This document shows, one piece after another, positions 41,130 to 50,823 of a stretch of 64,000 bases of DNA. Location of the stretch: IMG/VR virus record IMGVR_UViG_3300033412_000009, positions 5,434 to 69,433 of that record; one strand, given 5' to 3'. The translations under genes and the position numbers were made by a program. The notes beneath the pieces are model-generated. The model was not told the origin of the DNA. It did no database searches and was given only the letters and a program-made list of their open reading frames with translations. Source of the DNA: a virus. Its lineage: Duplodnaviria > Caudoviricetes. Position 1 is the first letter of the stretch. Each line of letters starts with the position of its first letter.

Positions 41130-43480
41130 CGGTAGGGGCCTGCATCGTCGTCCCGCCCGTAGCGGAGCGGCCGATCCGACACACCGGCGCGGGCATCACT
41201 CAGGCGAACCCGGTGCTCACGCCGTCGGTCGTCGAGTGCATGGGACGCACCACGTCGATCGCCTTCTCCGGCTACAACGGCGACATCATCGTCGGCGGGG
41301 ACGTCGCGCCACCGCAGCGATGGAACGAGCCCGCGGCAACCTTCCGAGGTTTCGCTGCCGGAGGTGCCTCCGACGGCTCGATCATCAACTACAAGTACAA
41401 GAAGACCGTCGGCTGCGTCGAGAACGCGACGCACTCGATCTGGCTGGCGGGCTCCAATGGTGGTGGCGGGATCCTGTCCCGCGCGGTGGGCGCTACGAAG
41501 CACACGCTGCGGACGACGCTCTACTACGGCGAGGTGCAGGACGGCGGGTCCGCTGATCCCCGGCGCACCAAGAGCCGCACCATCCTCCAGGACGGCACCA
41601 CCGACTTCGTGGCGTGCAAGCGCAGCTCGGGCTCCCCGGCGTGGGGCGTGGCGCGCTCTACTGACTCGGGAGTCAACTGGACCGCCTGGTCGTTCGGTAC
41701 CGGCCGGAACTACACGGCGATGGTGAAGTCGCCGCAGTACTCCTGCATCTACGCGGCGGCCGACAACCGTGAGGGCTCCGGCAACGACGGCGTCTTCATC
41801 TTCACCGGCCTTGGCTCGGGCTCCGCAACGGTCACCCGCATCGACAACATCGGCACCGGCGCCCCCACCATCGCCGATGCCCGCGACGTGTGGGTCGGCC
41901 ACATCGGCACCACCGACTACCTCTTCGTGCAGGTCGGCAACAAGGCTGGCTCGGACGCTGACCGTGGGACGTGGCGCTGCAAGATCAACGCTGACCCGAC
42001 CGGTGGCGGGTTCGGCGCGGGCAACATCACGTGGGAGCACATCCACACGCCCGGCTCCGCCGACCGGGTGAACGCGATCGTCGGCTTCCAGCCCAACGCT
42101 GGAGCCAGCCCGATCTACCTGATGTCGGGGTACTTCAAGTCCTCGACGAACGCCACGGGCACCTACACGCTCAGCCCTGGAGCTGGCGGAACGGTGAAGA
42201 CGTACCGGGTGATGGCGGTCCGCACCCTCAACGGCGACGCCACCACGCCCTCGTGGGATGTTGTTTCAAATGCAACTAACGTCGACATGCGGACCTATGG
42301 CACCGACCGTGATCACGTCATGACCTACGTCGGTGAGACCTCGAACGAGAACTCGCGCTTCGGCGGGACCAGCTACTCGATCCAGGACATGGCGATCTCC
42401 GCCAACGGCCTCCGCATCGTCGTCGCCGGGAAGTCCTCGCCGTGGATCTGCGACAACCCGTGGGCCACGACGCCGACGTGGCGTCCCTTCTCCAAGGGCC
42501 TCGGCGTCCTGGAGGGCGGCTACGCCTCCACCTACGCAGGCAAGCACCGCTTCGCCATCGCGGACGACGACCGTGGCATGTACACCTTCACCACCTTCGG
42601 CTACCTCCGGCCCGAGTGGGTGATCGCCGAGAACATCGACGGCGTCGTCTCCACCGCGAACGCCATGAACTCCGTGGCCGTGGCCGCTGACGGCGTGTCG
42701 CTGCTGTCTCCTCGGGACGCGGACGGCCGCAGCTACATCACCACCGACCCGTGGACCTATGAGGACGCGTTCATCACCGCCCTCTACACGTCGTCGAGGA
42801 CCGCGCCTGCGATCTGCACCGCCCAGTGGGTAGATGCAACTGCAACTACCCGGACGCTGGAGGTGACCCGCACCGCCATCTATCGGGACGGCACCCAGGT
42901 CGCGACCATCGCCTCCGCAGCGGCGACTCGCGCCGAGTTCCTCTACGCCGGGGCGACCTGCTGGCTGCATGTTCCCGACCTCGGGGTCTACCGCTCGACG
43001 AACAACGGCGCGAGCTGGACGCTCTGGTGGAACTACGCCGTGTCGGACTCGCAGACCGCCAAGTACTCGGGCCACATCGCCCACTTCCCTGGCTCGACCA
43101 CGCTCTACGCCGCCTTCGATGCGGGCGGCGTGTGGCGCTGCACCGACGCTGACGTCTCCGATGCTGGCACCGGGCTGTCGGGCTCCCGTCCGACATCTAC
43201 GAACCTGATCACCGGCGGCGCGCTGCCGTCGGGAACCGAGGACATCTCTGCCATCGGCGTCGACCAGGTGTCCGGAACGGTCTACGCCTGCGGGTACTCT
43301 CGCACCGGCGCGGCTCTCGGGCATCTCTACCGTCTGACCCGCGGGCTGGGCTCGAACTGGGTCCGGATCGACGACACCGAGTACTCCGAGTCCTGCCTGG
43401 TGCCTCAGTTCCTCACCGCCTACGGCGGCTGGGTCTGGATCTCCACGGCATCGAACTGCACCCTGAGAAGGATGTTCTGA
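41126..43480 (+). CDS. BNR/Asp-box beta-propeller protein (possible receptor binding or glycan hydrolase)
   Basis: ARSTDSGVNW and YRSTNNGASW Asp-boxes; about 784 aa, beta-rich. Confidence 0.75.
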   Translation: MTVGACIVVPPVAERPIRHTGAGITQANPVLTPSVVECMGRTTSIAFSGYNGDIIVGGDVAPPQRWNEPAATFRGFAAGGASDGSIINYKYKKTVGCVENATHSIWLAGSNGGGGILSRAVGATKHTLRTTLYYGEVQDGGSADPRRTKSRTILQDGTTDFVACKRSSGSPAWGVARSTDSGVNWTAWSFGTGRNYTAMVKSPQYSCIYAAADNREGSGNDGVFIFTGLGSGSATVTRIDNIGTGAPTIADARDVWVGHIGTTDYLFVQVGNKAGSDADRGTWRCKINADPTGGGFGAGNITWEHIHTPGSADRVNAIVGFQPNAGASPIYLMSGYFKSSTNATGTYTLSPGAGGTVKTYRVMAVRTLNGDATTPSWDVVSNATNVDMRTYGTDRDHVMTYVGETSNENSRFGGTSYSIQDMAISANGLRIVVAGKSSPWICDNPWATTPTWRPFSKGLGVLEGGYASTYAGKHRFAIADDDRGMYTFTTFGYLRPEWVIAENIDGVVSTANAMNSVAVAADGVSLLSPRDADGRSYITTDPWTYEDAFITALYTSSRTAPAICTAQWVDATATTRTLEVTRTAIYRDGTQVATIASAAATRAEFLYAGATCWLHVPDLGVYRSTNNGASWTLWWNYAVSDSQTAKYSGHIAHFPGSTTLYAAFDAGGVWRCTDADVSDAGTGLSGSRPTSTNLITGGALPSGTEDISAIGVDQVSGTVYACGYSRTGAALGHLYRLTRGLGSNWVRIDDTEYSESCLVPQFLTAYGGWVWISTASNCTLRRMF

Positions 43481-44163
43481 TGGCATCGCCCTGCACCCAA
43501 GACTCCAACTCGGTTGCCCTCACCGAGACGACCGACGGCAAGCTCGAAGCCGATGTCCGGCTCCAGCCGCTGACCACCGGCTCGTTGGGCGAGGACACGA
43601 ACGGCATCGGCGTGACGTTCGCGCCCGACGGCGGCATCCACGGCACGGCGACGGGCGCCGCGCTGAAGCTCGTGCAGGGGCTCTACATCGGCACCGAGGG
43701 TCTGGTGAAGGTGAATGGCTACGCCGTCTCCTCCTCTCCCGGCTCGTCCCCGAACGCCAACCTCGTCCGTGGCTCGAACGTCCAGTACGGCAATACCCTC
43801 ACCCTCAACGGCTCGCTGGCCTCGAACCAGATCGCCTCCTACGTGATGACGCATGCCCGGTGGCGTGGCTTCTGGGCGACGAACCTGACCGCGTTCGGCG
43901 GGCTCACGCTTGATCGTGTCGACGCCTACCTTCAGCTCAACGTGGACGGTGGCGGGTGGAACACCGTCGACATCGCTTCCCTGACGCGTGCCGATCAGGG
44001 CGGCACGTTCGAGCTGGACTACTGGTATCCGTTCGTCATGGCCAATGGCACCGCCCACACGATCCAGTCCCGGCTCCTCGTCGGCGGCGGGACGGTGACG
44101 GCGTCCAACCCGCAGGGCATCATCGAGAGCGAGTTCGGCGGCGTGCTGGAGTGGCTCTACTGA
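43480..44163 (+). CDS. Minor virion protein
   Basis: TGATG coupling; Gly-rich beta pattern. Confidence 0.6.
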   Translation: MASPCTQDSNSVALTETTDGKLEADVRLQPLTTGSLGEDTNGIGVTFAPDGGIHGTATGAALKLVQGLYIGTEGLVKVNGYAVSSSPGSSPNANLVRGSNVQYGNTLTLNGSLASNQIASYVMTHARWRGFWATNLTAFGGLTLDRVDAYLQLNVDGGGWNTVDIASLTRADQGGTFELDYWYPFVMANGTAHTIQSRLLVGGGTVTASNPQGIIESEFGGVLEWLY

Positions 44164-44543
44164 ACGGGCACGAGGGTCAGGATCAGCTTGACCCGACCCT
44201 TCGGGATGTGGGTGTCACGGGATGGCGCCCAGAAACGACTCCAGGCCACGTGCGCTCCATCGTCTGCTCGAAGCACCTTGCCGTCCACGAGGCCGTCGAT
44301 TGCAGCCTTGGCGAGGAGGGCGTGTCCGGCCTGGTCGGCGAGCCCACCGGAGGAACGCTGGACGACGTTGATCTCGATCCCGACGGTTTCGGCGACGCGG
44401 ATCCGGGAAGAGAGACCTAGCCAACCGAAGTCCTCGCGCCAGGTCTTGATGATCTGGGCCCGAGCCGACCAGTGCATCGTGTGCGAGCCGTTCACCGTCA
44501 TGGTTGGACCGACGTGTTCGAGGGTGAGCAGCTCCACGAGCAC
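44157..44543 (-). CDS. rusA: RusA-like Holliday junction resolvase
   Basis: MTVN...HWSARAQ..K.WR; LLAKAAIDGLVDGKVLRADD. Confidence 0.75.
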   Translation of the reverse strand: MLVELLTLEHVGPTMTVNGSHTMHWSARAQIIKTWREDFGWLGLSSRIRVAETVGIEINVVQRSSGGLADQAGHALLAKAAIDGLVDGKVLRADDGAHVAWSRFWAPSRDTHIPKGRVKLILTLVPVQ

Positions 44544-44545
44544 GG

Positions 44546-44555
44546 AGTGTAAGGT
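44546..44555. promoter_or_regulatory. Overlapping divergent -10 boxes
   Basis: Plus TAAGGT (44550-44555) 6 nt before ATG 44562; minus TACACT (44546-44551) before rusA. Confidence 0.5.
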
Positions 44556-44561
44556 GTAAAC

Positions 44562-44753
44562 ATGATGACGGGGATCGAGTCCCGTTGGGTCATGGTCGAG
44601 GCCCACTCCTTGGCTGACCTCATCGCGCTCGCCGTCATGGCCGCTGAGCGGCTCGACCTCCGGGATGCTGCGCTGGCGCGCGAGCTGACCGGCGCCGCGG
44701 CTAGCGTCCGGGAGTCGCAGGAGTCCCTGCACTTCCCTGACATGGAGCGATGA
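44562..44753 (+). CDS. Hypothetical protein
   Basis: 63 aa; leaderless start. Confidence 0.55.
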   Translation: MMTGIESRWVMVEAHSLADLIALAVMAAERLDLRDAALARELTGAAASVRESQESLHFPDMER

Positions 44754-45004
44754 TGGGCTGTTCCCGGTGTGGCAAGAAGTCCGAGCCTGCGACCAGGATG
44801 ATCGGCTACGCCGGTGATCGCTACCGCGGAACCTGCCAGTACCAGTACTTCTACCTCGTCGGGAAGGGCACGGAGTCAGAGCGCCTCTTCGCTCCCAGCG
44901 ACATCGTCGGCGCCTCCGCCTACAGCTCCGCCAACGGGCTCAGCATCCAGGCCATCGTCGGCAACAAGCTCCCCGCTGACGCCGCCGAGGCGCTCTGCCC
45001 GTAG
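44750..45004 (+). CDS. Hypothetical protein with N-terminal CxxC
   Basis: MMGCSRCGKK; coupled overlap. Confidence 0.55.
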   Translation: MMGCSRCGKKSEPATRMIGYAGDRYRGTCQYQYFYLVGKGTESERLFAPSDIVGASAYSSANGLSIQAIVGNKLPADAAEALCP

Positions 45005-45217
45005 GAACGAGATCAGCTCGAAGCCTTCGAGGGCGTCGAGCATCCGTCCGATTTCGGGCTCGGCGAGATCCTTCCAGGACTCCACGTCACGCCATAGGAG
45101 CTTCTCGGCAAGGTCGATTCGGTCCTCGCGCGTGAGTCCCAGCTCTCTGGCCAGCATGTAGATCTTCCGACGCTTCCTCTCGCGTTCGTCGATCATCTCC
45201 CCGTTTACATCTGTCAT
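44876..45217 (-). CDS. GemA/DUF1018-like small regulatory protein
   Basis: RRKIYMLARELGL...R......VESWKDL...EIGRMLDALE. Confidence 0.55.
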   Translation of the reverse strand: MTDVNGEMIDERERKRRKIYMLARELGLTREDRIDLAEKLLWRDVESWKDLAEPEIGRMLDALEGFELISFLRAERLGGVSGELVADDGLDAEPVGGAVGGGADDVAGSEEAL

Positions 45218-45233
45218 CCCTTACGCTCCTCGC

Positions 45234-45677
45234 GTGCCGGTGGGGCTGGACCTTCGCGACGACGACACTCTGCCCCGGTACATCCGAGCCGTCCAGGACT
45301 TGGACGACACGTGGAAGAGTCGAGGCCGCTGTCGTCGATACGGCGCTGGCGCCCAAGCAGTCTGGTTCCTGGAGTCGAAGCACCCGGGCCTCCGAGACCG
45401 ACCAGGGCTGCCGAAGATCACCGGGAACATCCTTGCCGAGATCGCGCTGGGCGAGTGCCACCAGTGTCCGGTCCAGTGGCAATGCGTCTTCTACGCCACC
45501 AAGGGCGAGCAGGACTTCGGCATCTGGGGGGTGCGCTCGACGGACCGCAAGTACCTGCGGCGCTGGTTCCCCTCCACGTGGGAGGACCACCTGGAGAAGG
45601 CGCGCGACGAACACGAGCCGGTGCAGGAGATGATGGCGCGGATGCGAGTCATCCGCCGCAACGCCCGCGTGGTCTGA
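45234..45677 (+). CDS. whiB: WhiB-family Fe-S transcription factor
   Basis: GRC...VWF...ECHQCPVQWQC...FGIWG; TACGCT 6 nt upstream (leaderless). Confidence 0.9.
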   Translation: MPVGLDLRDDDTLPRYIRAVQDLDDTWKSRGRCRRYGAGAQAVWFLESKHPGLRDRPGLPKITGNILAEIALGECHQCPVQWQCVFYATKGEQDFGIWGVRSTDRKYLRRWFPSTWEDHLEKARDEHEPVQEMMARMRVIRRNARVV

Positions 45678-45696
45678 GCCGTATACACTCAGCGTC

Positions 45697-45957
45697 GTGT
45701 TGCACCACGTCGAGGACGCCCGAGTCACCAGCGGCAGCGAGGTCATCTCCCAGCACGCCCGGGTCAACGAGAACGGCGGCGTCGTCAAGATCTACATCCC
45801 CAGCGCCGAGCCCAACCGCTGGATCCCCTACGGCTGGATGCGCTACAAGGAGCGCCGGGAGATCGGTGAGTCCACCGCCTTCTTCGGCGTGCCCTCCGGG
45901 CGCAACATCCCAGTCACCTGGAACATCACCCCCAACCCCTGCCGGAGCTGCCGATGA
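45697..45957 (+). CDS. Hypothetical protein
   Basis: 86 aa; GTATACACT box upstream. Confidence 0.6.
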   Translation: MLHHVEDARVTSGSEVISQHARVNENGGVVKIYIPSAEPNRWIPYGWMRYKERREIGESTAFFGVPSGRNIPVTWNITPNPCRSCR

Positions 45958-46274
45958 CCCCCCTGATCGCCCTGCTGTTCATGTCCCTCGCGACGTGGCG
46001 CGTCACCCGGTTCTGGCTGAAGGACTCGCTCATCGAGAACGTCCGGATGAGCCTCGAAGGCTGGCTCTCGAAGAACGTCACCAAGCGACGCCACCGCAAG
46101 CTCCTGGAGCTGATCACCTGCCCGTGGTGCATCAGCGTCTGGGTCTCGGCGGGCTTCACCGCGCTGTGGCGCTGGCAGGAAGGCGACGGCTACGGCTGGT
46201 TCGTCACCGGGCTCGTGTGGCTCGCAACTGCCGCCGGGGCTATGGCATGGTGGAGGACGATGGAGGACGCATGA
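45954..46274 (+). CDS. DUF1360-like membrane protein
   Basis: LATWRVTRF...DSL...ELITCPWCISVW. Confidence 0.75.
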   Translation: MTPLIALLFMSLATWRVTRFWLKDSLIENVRMSLEGWLSKNVTKRRHRKLLELITCPWCISVWVSAGFTALWRWQEGDGYGWFVTGLVWLATAAGAMAWWRTMEDA

Positions 46275-46723
46275 GCAACATCGAAGACCGCGACGCCTTC
46301 CAGGTCATCCAGATCCTGGAGGCCGTGAAGGACGGTGTCTCGCCGCTCGATGCCGCCGTGCAGGCCGGGTGGACACCGGCCCAGTTCCGCAAGCGGATGT
46401 CCGACCGTGACTTCGCTCAGCTCATCATGGAGCACGAGGAGGTCGCCGTCGCCTCCGTCGAGTCGAAGCTCCACCTCCTCGCGATGGACGGCAACATGTC
46501 GGCGATCGCCCTCTACCTCTACAACAAGGCGCCGCACCGCTGGTCCGACCGAAAGCGCGTCGACGTGAACACCGGCGTGCAGGTCAACATCGCCGTGGTG
46601 GAGACCACCAAGGCCACCCTCCGGGAGCTGATGGCCGAAGACCCCGTCGCCTACGCACGAGCCTTCGCTCCTGGCGGGGCGCTCGACGCAGCGATCGACG
46701 TGGATGCCACCGAGTCTGAATAG
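46271..46723 (+). CDS. terS: Terminase small subunit
   Basis: HTH N-terminus, VESKLHLLAMDGNMSAIALYLYNKAPHRW; directly before terL. Confidence 0.75.
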   Translation: MSNIEDRDAFQVIQILEAVKDGVSPLDAAVQAGWTPAQFRKRMSDRDFAQLIMEHEEVAVASVESKLHLLAMDGNMSAIALYLYNKAPHRWSDRKRVDVNTGVQVNIAVVETTKATLRELMAEDPVAYARAFAPGGALDAAIDVDATESE

Positions 46724-48224
46724 GCAAGACACCGAGCTGATGCGCAAGGGGGTGACCCCTTCCCGCTTCGCCCAGTACGTGTCGAAGCCAATGACCGGCT
46801 ACCAGTGGATGCCGGGCCCGCACCTGCTGTACCTGGAGGAGCGCGTCCTGTTCGCTCTCAACGAGACCGAGCAGCAGTCCTTCATCCAGGTCAACATGCC
46901 GCCCCGCCACGGCAAGACCGCCTTCACGTCGGTGTTCCTGCCCGCGTGGATCCTCGGGATGTTCCCCGAGAAGCGGATCATGCTCGTCACCTACTCCGAC
47001 GACTTCTCGATCCAGTGGGGCGGCTCGGTCCGCAACATCCTGAAGACCTATGGCAAGGAGATCTTCGGGCGCACCGTCGACAAGACGATGTCCTCGAACG
47101 GGAACTGGCGGATGGAGTCGTCCTTCGGCGGGATGCTCGCTGTCGGCATCGGTGGTGGCATCGCCGGTCAGGGCGCGGACGTCCTGATCATGGACGACGT
47201 CATCAAGAACGCCGAGGAAGCCGCCTCCCCCACCACCAAGGCGAAGCACTGGGCAGAGTTCACGCAGAACATCCGCCCCCGGTTGGAGCCGGGCGGGCTG
47301 ATGATCAACGTGCAGACCCGATGGGCCGAAGACGATCTGTCCGGGATGATCGAGATGGCCTCGGGCCCCGACTCGGACAACTGGGAGCGCATCGTGTTCC
47401 CGGCCATCTGCGAGCCGCCCGACGGCTACGAGGGGTCCTTCGACGACTACGTCGACATCATCGGCCGCCACGTCGGAGAGCCCCTGTGGCCTGCGCGCTG
47501 GAGCTTGGACGCCTTGCAGCGGATCCAGAAGCTCAACGAGATGACCCCGGCCACGTGGGATGCGCTGTACCAGCAGCGCCCCGTCCCCCGCGGTGGGTCG
47601 ATGTTCCCCGTCGACAACTGGCAATGGTTCCCCTACGGGGACCTGCCCCAGACCAAGGCCCAGTGCCACGCCCTTGTCCGGGTGTGGGACCTGGCGTCCT
47701 CGCAGGACTCTGGCGACTGGTCGGTCGGTCTGCTGATGGGGGTCGACGCCCGCAACCACTTCTACATCTTCGACGTGAAGCGCTTCCGCAAGCATCCGCA
47801 AGGCATCGAGCAGGAGCTGGTTGCCACCGCGAATGAGGATGGGATCAACGTGGCGATCCGCATCGAGCAGGAGCGCTCCGGTGCAGGGTCGATCGTCGTT
47901 GAGAACTACAAGCGCCTGCTGACCCGCTGGGATGTCGACGGCCGCAAGCCGGTCGGCACGAAGGAGAACCGGGCGTCAGTGTTCTCCGCCAAGGCGGCGT
48001 CGCAGATGATCTACCTGCCCGACGGTGCGCCGTGGGTGAAGGACTACGTCGAGGAGTGCCGCCGCTTCCCTCGTGGCCGCTACGACGACCAGGTCGACAC
48101 CTCGGTCTACGCCTACGACCACCTCGCCGCGCAGGCCGGTGGCACCACCTTGTGGACGCCGTCAGACCTTGGTCGCCTCATGACCGAACGGGACATGCAG
48201 TCGCTCATCGGCCAGCTTCTCTGA
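46704..48224 (+). CDS. terL: Terminase large subunit
   Basis: VNMPPRHGKT (Walker A), VLIMDDVIK (Walker B), QTRWAEDD, WDLAS, RYDDQVD nuclease motifs. Confidence 0.95.
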   Translation: MPPSLNRQDTELMRKGVTPSRFAQYVSKPMTGYQWMPGPHLLYLEERVLFALNETEQQSFIQVNMPPRHGKTAFTSVFLPAWILGMFPEKRIMLVTYSDDFSIQWGGSVRNILKTYGKEIFGRTVDKTMSSNGNWRMESSFGGMLAVGIGGGIAGQGADVLIMDDVIKNAEEAASPTTKAKHWAEFTQNIRPRLEPGGLMINVQTRWAEDDLSGMIEMASGPDSDNWERIVFPAICEPPDGYEGSFDDYVDIIGRHVGEPLWPARWSLDALQRIQKLNEMTPATWDALYQQRPVPRGGSMFPVDNWQWFPYGDLPQTKAQCHALVRVWDLASSQDSGDWSVGLLMGVDARNHFYIFDVKRFRKHPQGIEQELVATANEDGINVAIRIEQERSGAGSIVVENYKRLLTRWDVDGRKPVGTKENRASVFSAKAASQMIYLPDGAPWVKDYVEECRRFPRGRYDDQVDTSVYAYDHLAAQAGGTTLWTPSDLGRLMTERDMQSLIGQLL

Positions 48225-48698
48225 GCACTCCACCTGCTCGGGCGCGAACGGCTTCCACACGGTGACCCGCTCGCCCTTGTAGCGGACAGGGACGGGGACC
48301 ATCAGCGTGAACGCCGCCGTCGGGTGCGGCTCGTCGAACCGGAACGGAGCAATCTTGCGCCCTCGCCACGCGGTGAGCACCGTGTGGTCGATGCCCAGCA
48401 CGCCGGTCTCCATGAAGGCGGGATGCCTGCGACGATCGTTGACGGCGCGCTGCACCCGCTGGTGCGCCTTGATCCCTGCGCTGCCCGCGGACGGCCGCTT
48501 CCCTCCGCCGACGGTGTACACGTTGCGGAACAGCCAACGCGAGGCGTGATGCCATGCGTCGGGCGGGAGGGTCACGTCGACGGAGTGCCCGAGGCGGTTC
48601 GCCTCCTCGAAGAACTCGTCGACGATCTCCTCGCCCGGATGGTCGACGAAGGCCCTACGAACCCAGAGGGCCTGGCGCTCCGTCAACCTCACCAGCAT
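48162..48698 (-). CDS. Hypothetical protein
   Basis: 178 aa; convergent overlap with the terL end. Confidence 0.65.
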   Translation of the reverse strand: MLVRLTERQALWVRRAFVDHPGEEIVDEFFEEANRLGHSVDVTLPPDAWHHASRWLFRNVYTVGGGKRPSAGSAGIKAHQRVQRAVNDRRRHPAFMETGVLGIDHTVLTAWRGRKIAPFRFDEPHPTAAFTLMVPVPVRYKGERVTVWKPFAPEQVECSEKLADERLHVPFGHEATKV

Positions 48699-48912
48699 GT
48701 ATCCGTCTCCACGCTCTAGCCATCGTCGAGAAGTACTCGTCGAGTACCTCTTGTGCCCGTTCCTGGGCCTTCCACTCGGGATAGCCCATCTCGATCAGAT
48801 CGTCGCGCATCATCGAGGCCACGGACCGGATGCTCTCGAAGTCGCCCATCACAGCCTGATGGGCGTCTTCGAGAACAGCCAGCTCGAAGGCTCGCTGTTC
48901 CTCGGGCGTCAT
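48655..48912 (-). CDS. Hypothetical protein
   Basis: MTPEEQRAFEL...; coupled overlap. Confidence 0.55.
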   Translation of the reverse strand: MTPEEQRAFELAVLEDAHQAVMGDFESIRSVASMMRDDLIEMGYPEWKAQERAQEVLDEYFSTMARAWRRIHAGEVDGAPGPLGS

Positions 48913-49070
48913 GTGTCCCGCTGAGTGACCACTGGGTGCCAGTAGACCAGCTCGTCGGTCCACTCGTCGCCATCTTCGTTGACGAACAGACCCTCGGTGT
49001 CGTTGAGACGACGGACCAGCATCGCTGGAGACCCGTCCCGGATGCTGTGGTGCGTGACTGTGTAATCCAT
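48909..49070 (-). CDS. Hypothetical protein
   Basis: MDYTVTHHSIRDG...; TGATG coupling. Confidence 0.55.
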   Translation of the reverse strand: MDYTVTHHSIRDGSPAMLVRRLNDTEGLFVNEDGDEWTDELVYWHPVVTQRDT

Positions 49071-49855
49071 CACTCGCTCCCTTGCTCTGCCTTGTCCTGT
49101 GCGGCCCTGACTTCCAGCAGCCGGATCTCCTCGGCGAAGGCGTCGAGGTTGGCCTTGCCCCAGTCGTTGACCGTGGCGTAGCCCGCCTCGGTGGCGATCG
49201 AGCGGAGGGCCTCGACGTACTTCTCGTCCTGGTCCTTCAGCGACTTCGCCCGAGCCATCAGCGCCTTGTAGGCGTTGCTGCGCTCCTCGATCGCCTTCTC
49301 CTCGGCGAGGAGGCGCTCCAATTCCTCGTCGCTCGGCGGCTCCGGCACCTGAAGCTGGGGCTCCCGGTAGTTGTCGTTGCGGAACTGCTCCGCGTCTTCC
49401 GAGTGACCGCGGACCCACAGGTCCAGTGCCACGCCGAAGCGCATCGCCGCGTTCCTGAGCGCGTCACCGATCAGCACCTTCACGGCGTTGGGCTGGTTGG
49501 TGGCGCAGTCGCCGTAGCCGAGGCGGGTGACGCCATCGACGGTGAGCTTGATCCACAGGCCGATCGGCCGACCCTGTGGATCACGGTCGAACACGGGCAG
49601 GCCGTTCGCATCCTTGGCGAGGGGCTCCCAGGTCCACTTCGGGTCGACGTCGAGGAGCCGTGCGGTGACGGCACCGTGGCCGACGTACTGGAGCTGCACG
49701 CCCGCCTTGGGCAGGATCCCGACCTGGCTGGCCGGGAACGGGTCGCTCAGCTTCACCTTGCCGGTGTCGGCCACCGAGGCGAGCGCCTTGCGGGCTGCCG
49801 CCTGCGCCTTGGTGGGCGCGGTCGCCGGGGTGGTGGGTTCGTTGGTCTCGGTCAT
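49070..49855 (-). CDS. Rad52/Sak-like single-strand annealing protein
   Basis: LQYVGHGAVTARLLDVDPKWTW, LTVDGVTRLGYG, DALRNAAMRFGVALDLW. Confidence 0.85.
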   Translation of the reverse strand: MTETNEPTTPATAPTKAQAAARKALASVADTGKVKLSDPFPASQVGILPKAGVQLQYVGHGAVTARLLDVDPKWTWEPLAKDANGLPVFDRDPQGRPIGLWIKLTVDGVTRLGYGDCATNQPNAVKVLIGDALRNAAMRFGVALDLWVRGHSEDAEQFRNDNYREPQLQVPEPPSDEELERLLAEEKAIEERSNAYKALMARAKSLKDQDEKYVEALRSIATEAGYATVNDWGKANLDAFAEEIRLLEVRAAQDKAEQGSE

Positions 49856-50823
49856 AGAGCTTCTTCCTGTTCTGCTTGGGGCCAGACCTTCTCGCTGACC
49901 TTGATGACGTTGCGCTTGGTGATGTGGATCCGACGCGAGTTCGGGATGTCCTCGGTGTAGGTCTCCACCAGCTCGGGATGGTCGGCTAGCAGACGCTTCA
50001 CGTTCACGCCCCGGCTTGGCTTTGGAGCCTTGAACGAGACAACTTCCAACCCTCCGGCCATCCCGACCGAGTGGGAACCGAGCCAGCGGACAAGCTGATC
50101 CCGGGCCTCGCGCTTTGCTGCCTCCGCCTGCTTCATCTGCTCCGACGCCTCTTGGTAGGCGAGCAGCACCTCCATCGCGTGGGCGTCATCAGGGAGAGCG
50201 ACGGCTTGGCCGTCGTCCACCGGGTGGATCATCGCGATGTTGTCCGCCGACAGGTCGATCCCGCCCGGCACCTCACCGATGTGCAGCGCCGCCATCACGT
50301 CCTCGGCGCGGTTCATGATCCGCTCGAACTCGCGCTCATCGAACTCGACGTAGGCGATCTGCACTTCCAGCCGCCCGTCGAGGTAGGCGAAGATCGTCTC
50401 GCGCGACCCGTAGCAGCCCATCTGCGACTGCGCCTGGTACCACCAGTAGCGGGGCACCTCGGCCCCGACCCAATCGGTAGTGGACTTCACCTCCAGGTGC
50501 TGGTCGGGGTTGTCGATCTCGACGCCGTCGAGCGTGGCCAACATGCAGCCGTAGCCGTGGAGCACGAGCGGCTTCACGAACTGCTTCGACAGCATGTCCG
50601 AGGCCACGTCCATGATGTAGGGCTCCATCCTGGTGCCCCGCCGCATGGCGTCGTTCTCCTCGGTGCGGTGGCCGGTCAGCTTCTGAGCGCACACGTCGCC
50701 CAACGTCTCGAACGGGTGGACTCCGAACAGAGCGCCGGTCAGCGACGCGTTGAAGTAGGGGGATCGGAGATCCAGCCAGTCCTCGACGTCTGGCGGGTAG
50801 GGCAGCGTGAAGCGCTCGGCCAC
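49852..50823 (-). CDS. YqaJ/lambda-Exo-like recombination exonuclease
   Basis: WLDLR, MRRGTRMEP, ATLDG, LEVKS, YWWYQAQSQM. Confidence 0.9.
   Translation of the reverse strand: MAERFTLPYPPDVEDWLDLRSPYFNASLTGALFGVHPFETLGDVCAQKLTGHRTEENDAMRRGTRMEPYIMDVASDMLSKQFVKPLVLHGYGCMLATLDGVEIDNPDQHLEVKSTTDWVGAEVPRYWWYQAQSQMGCYGSRETIFAYLDGRLEVQIAYVEFDEREFERIMNRAEDVMAALHIGEVPGGIDLSADNIAMIHPVDDGQAVALPDDAHAMEVLLAYQEASEQMKQAEAAKREARDQLVRWLGSHSVGMAGGLEVVSFKAPKPSRGVNVKRLLADHPELVETYTEDIPNSRRIHITKRNVIKVSEKVWPQAEQEEAL

Noticed and set aside
44876-45004. Convergent gene overlaps (129 nt here, 63 nt at the terL end)
   Set aside because: Read-through tails in a stop-poor high-GC genome; the overlapping tail residues look non-conserved
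46704-48224. Possible intein or intron in the terminase, portal or capsid genes
   Set aside because: Lengths are normal, motifs are contiguous, and no splicing signatures (C/S...HN) were seen
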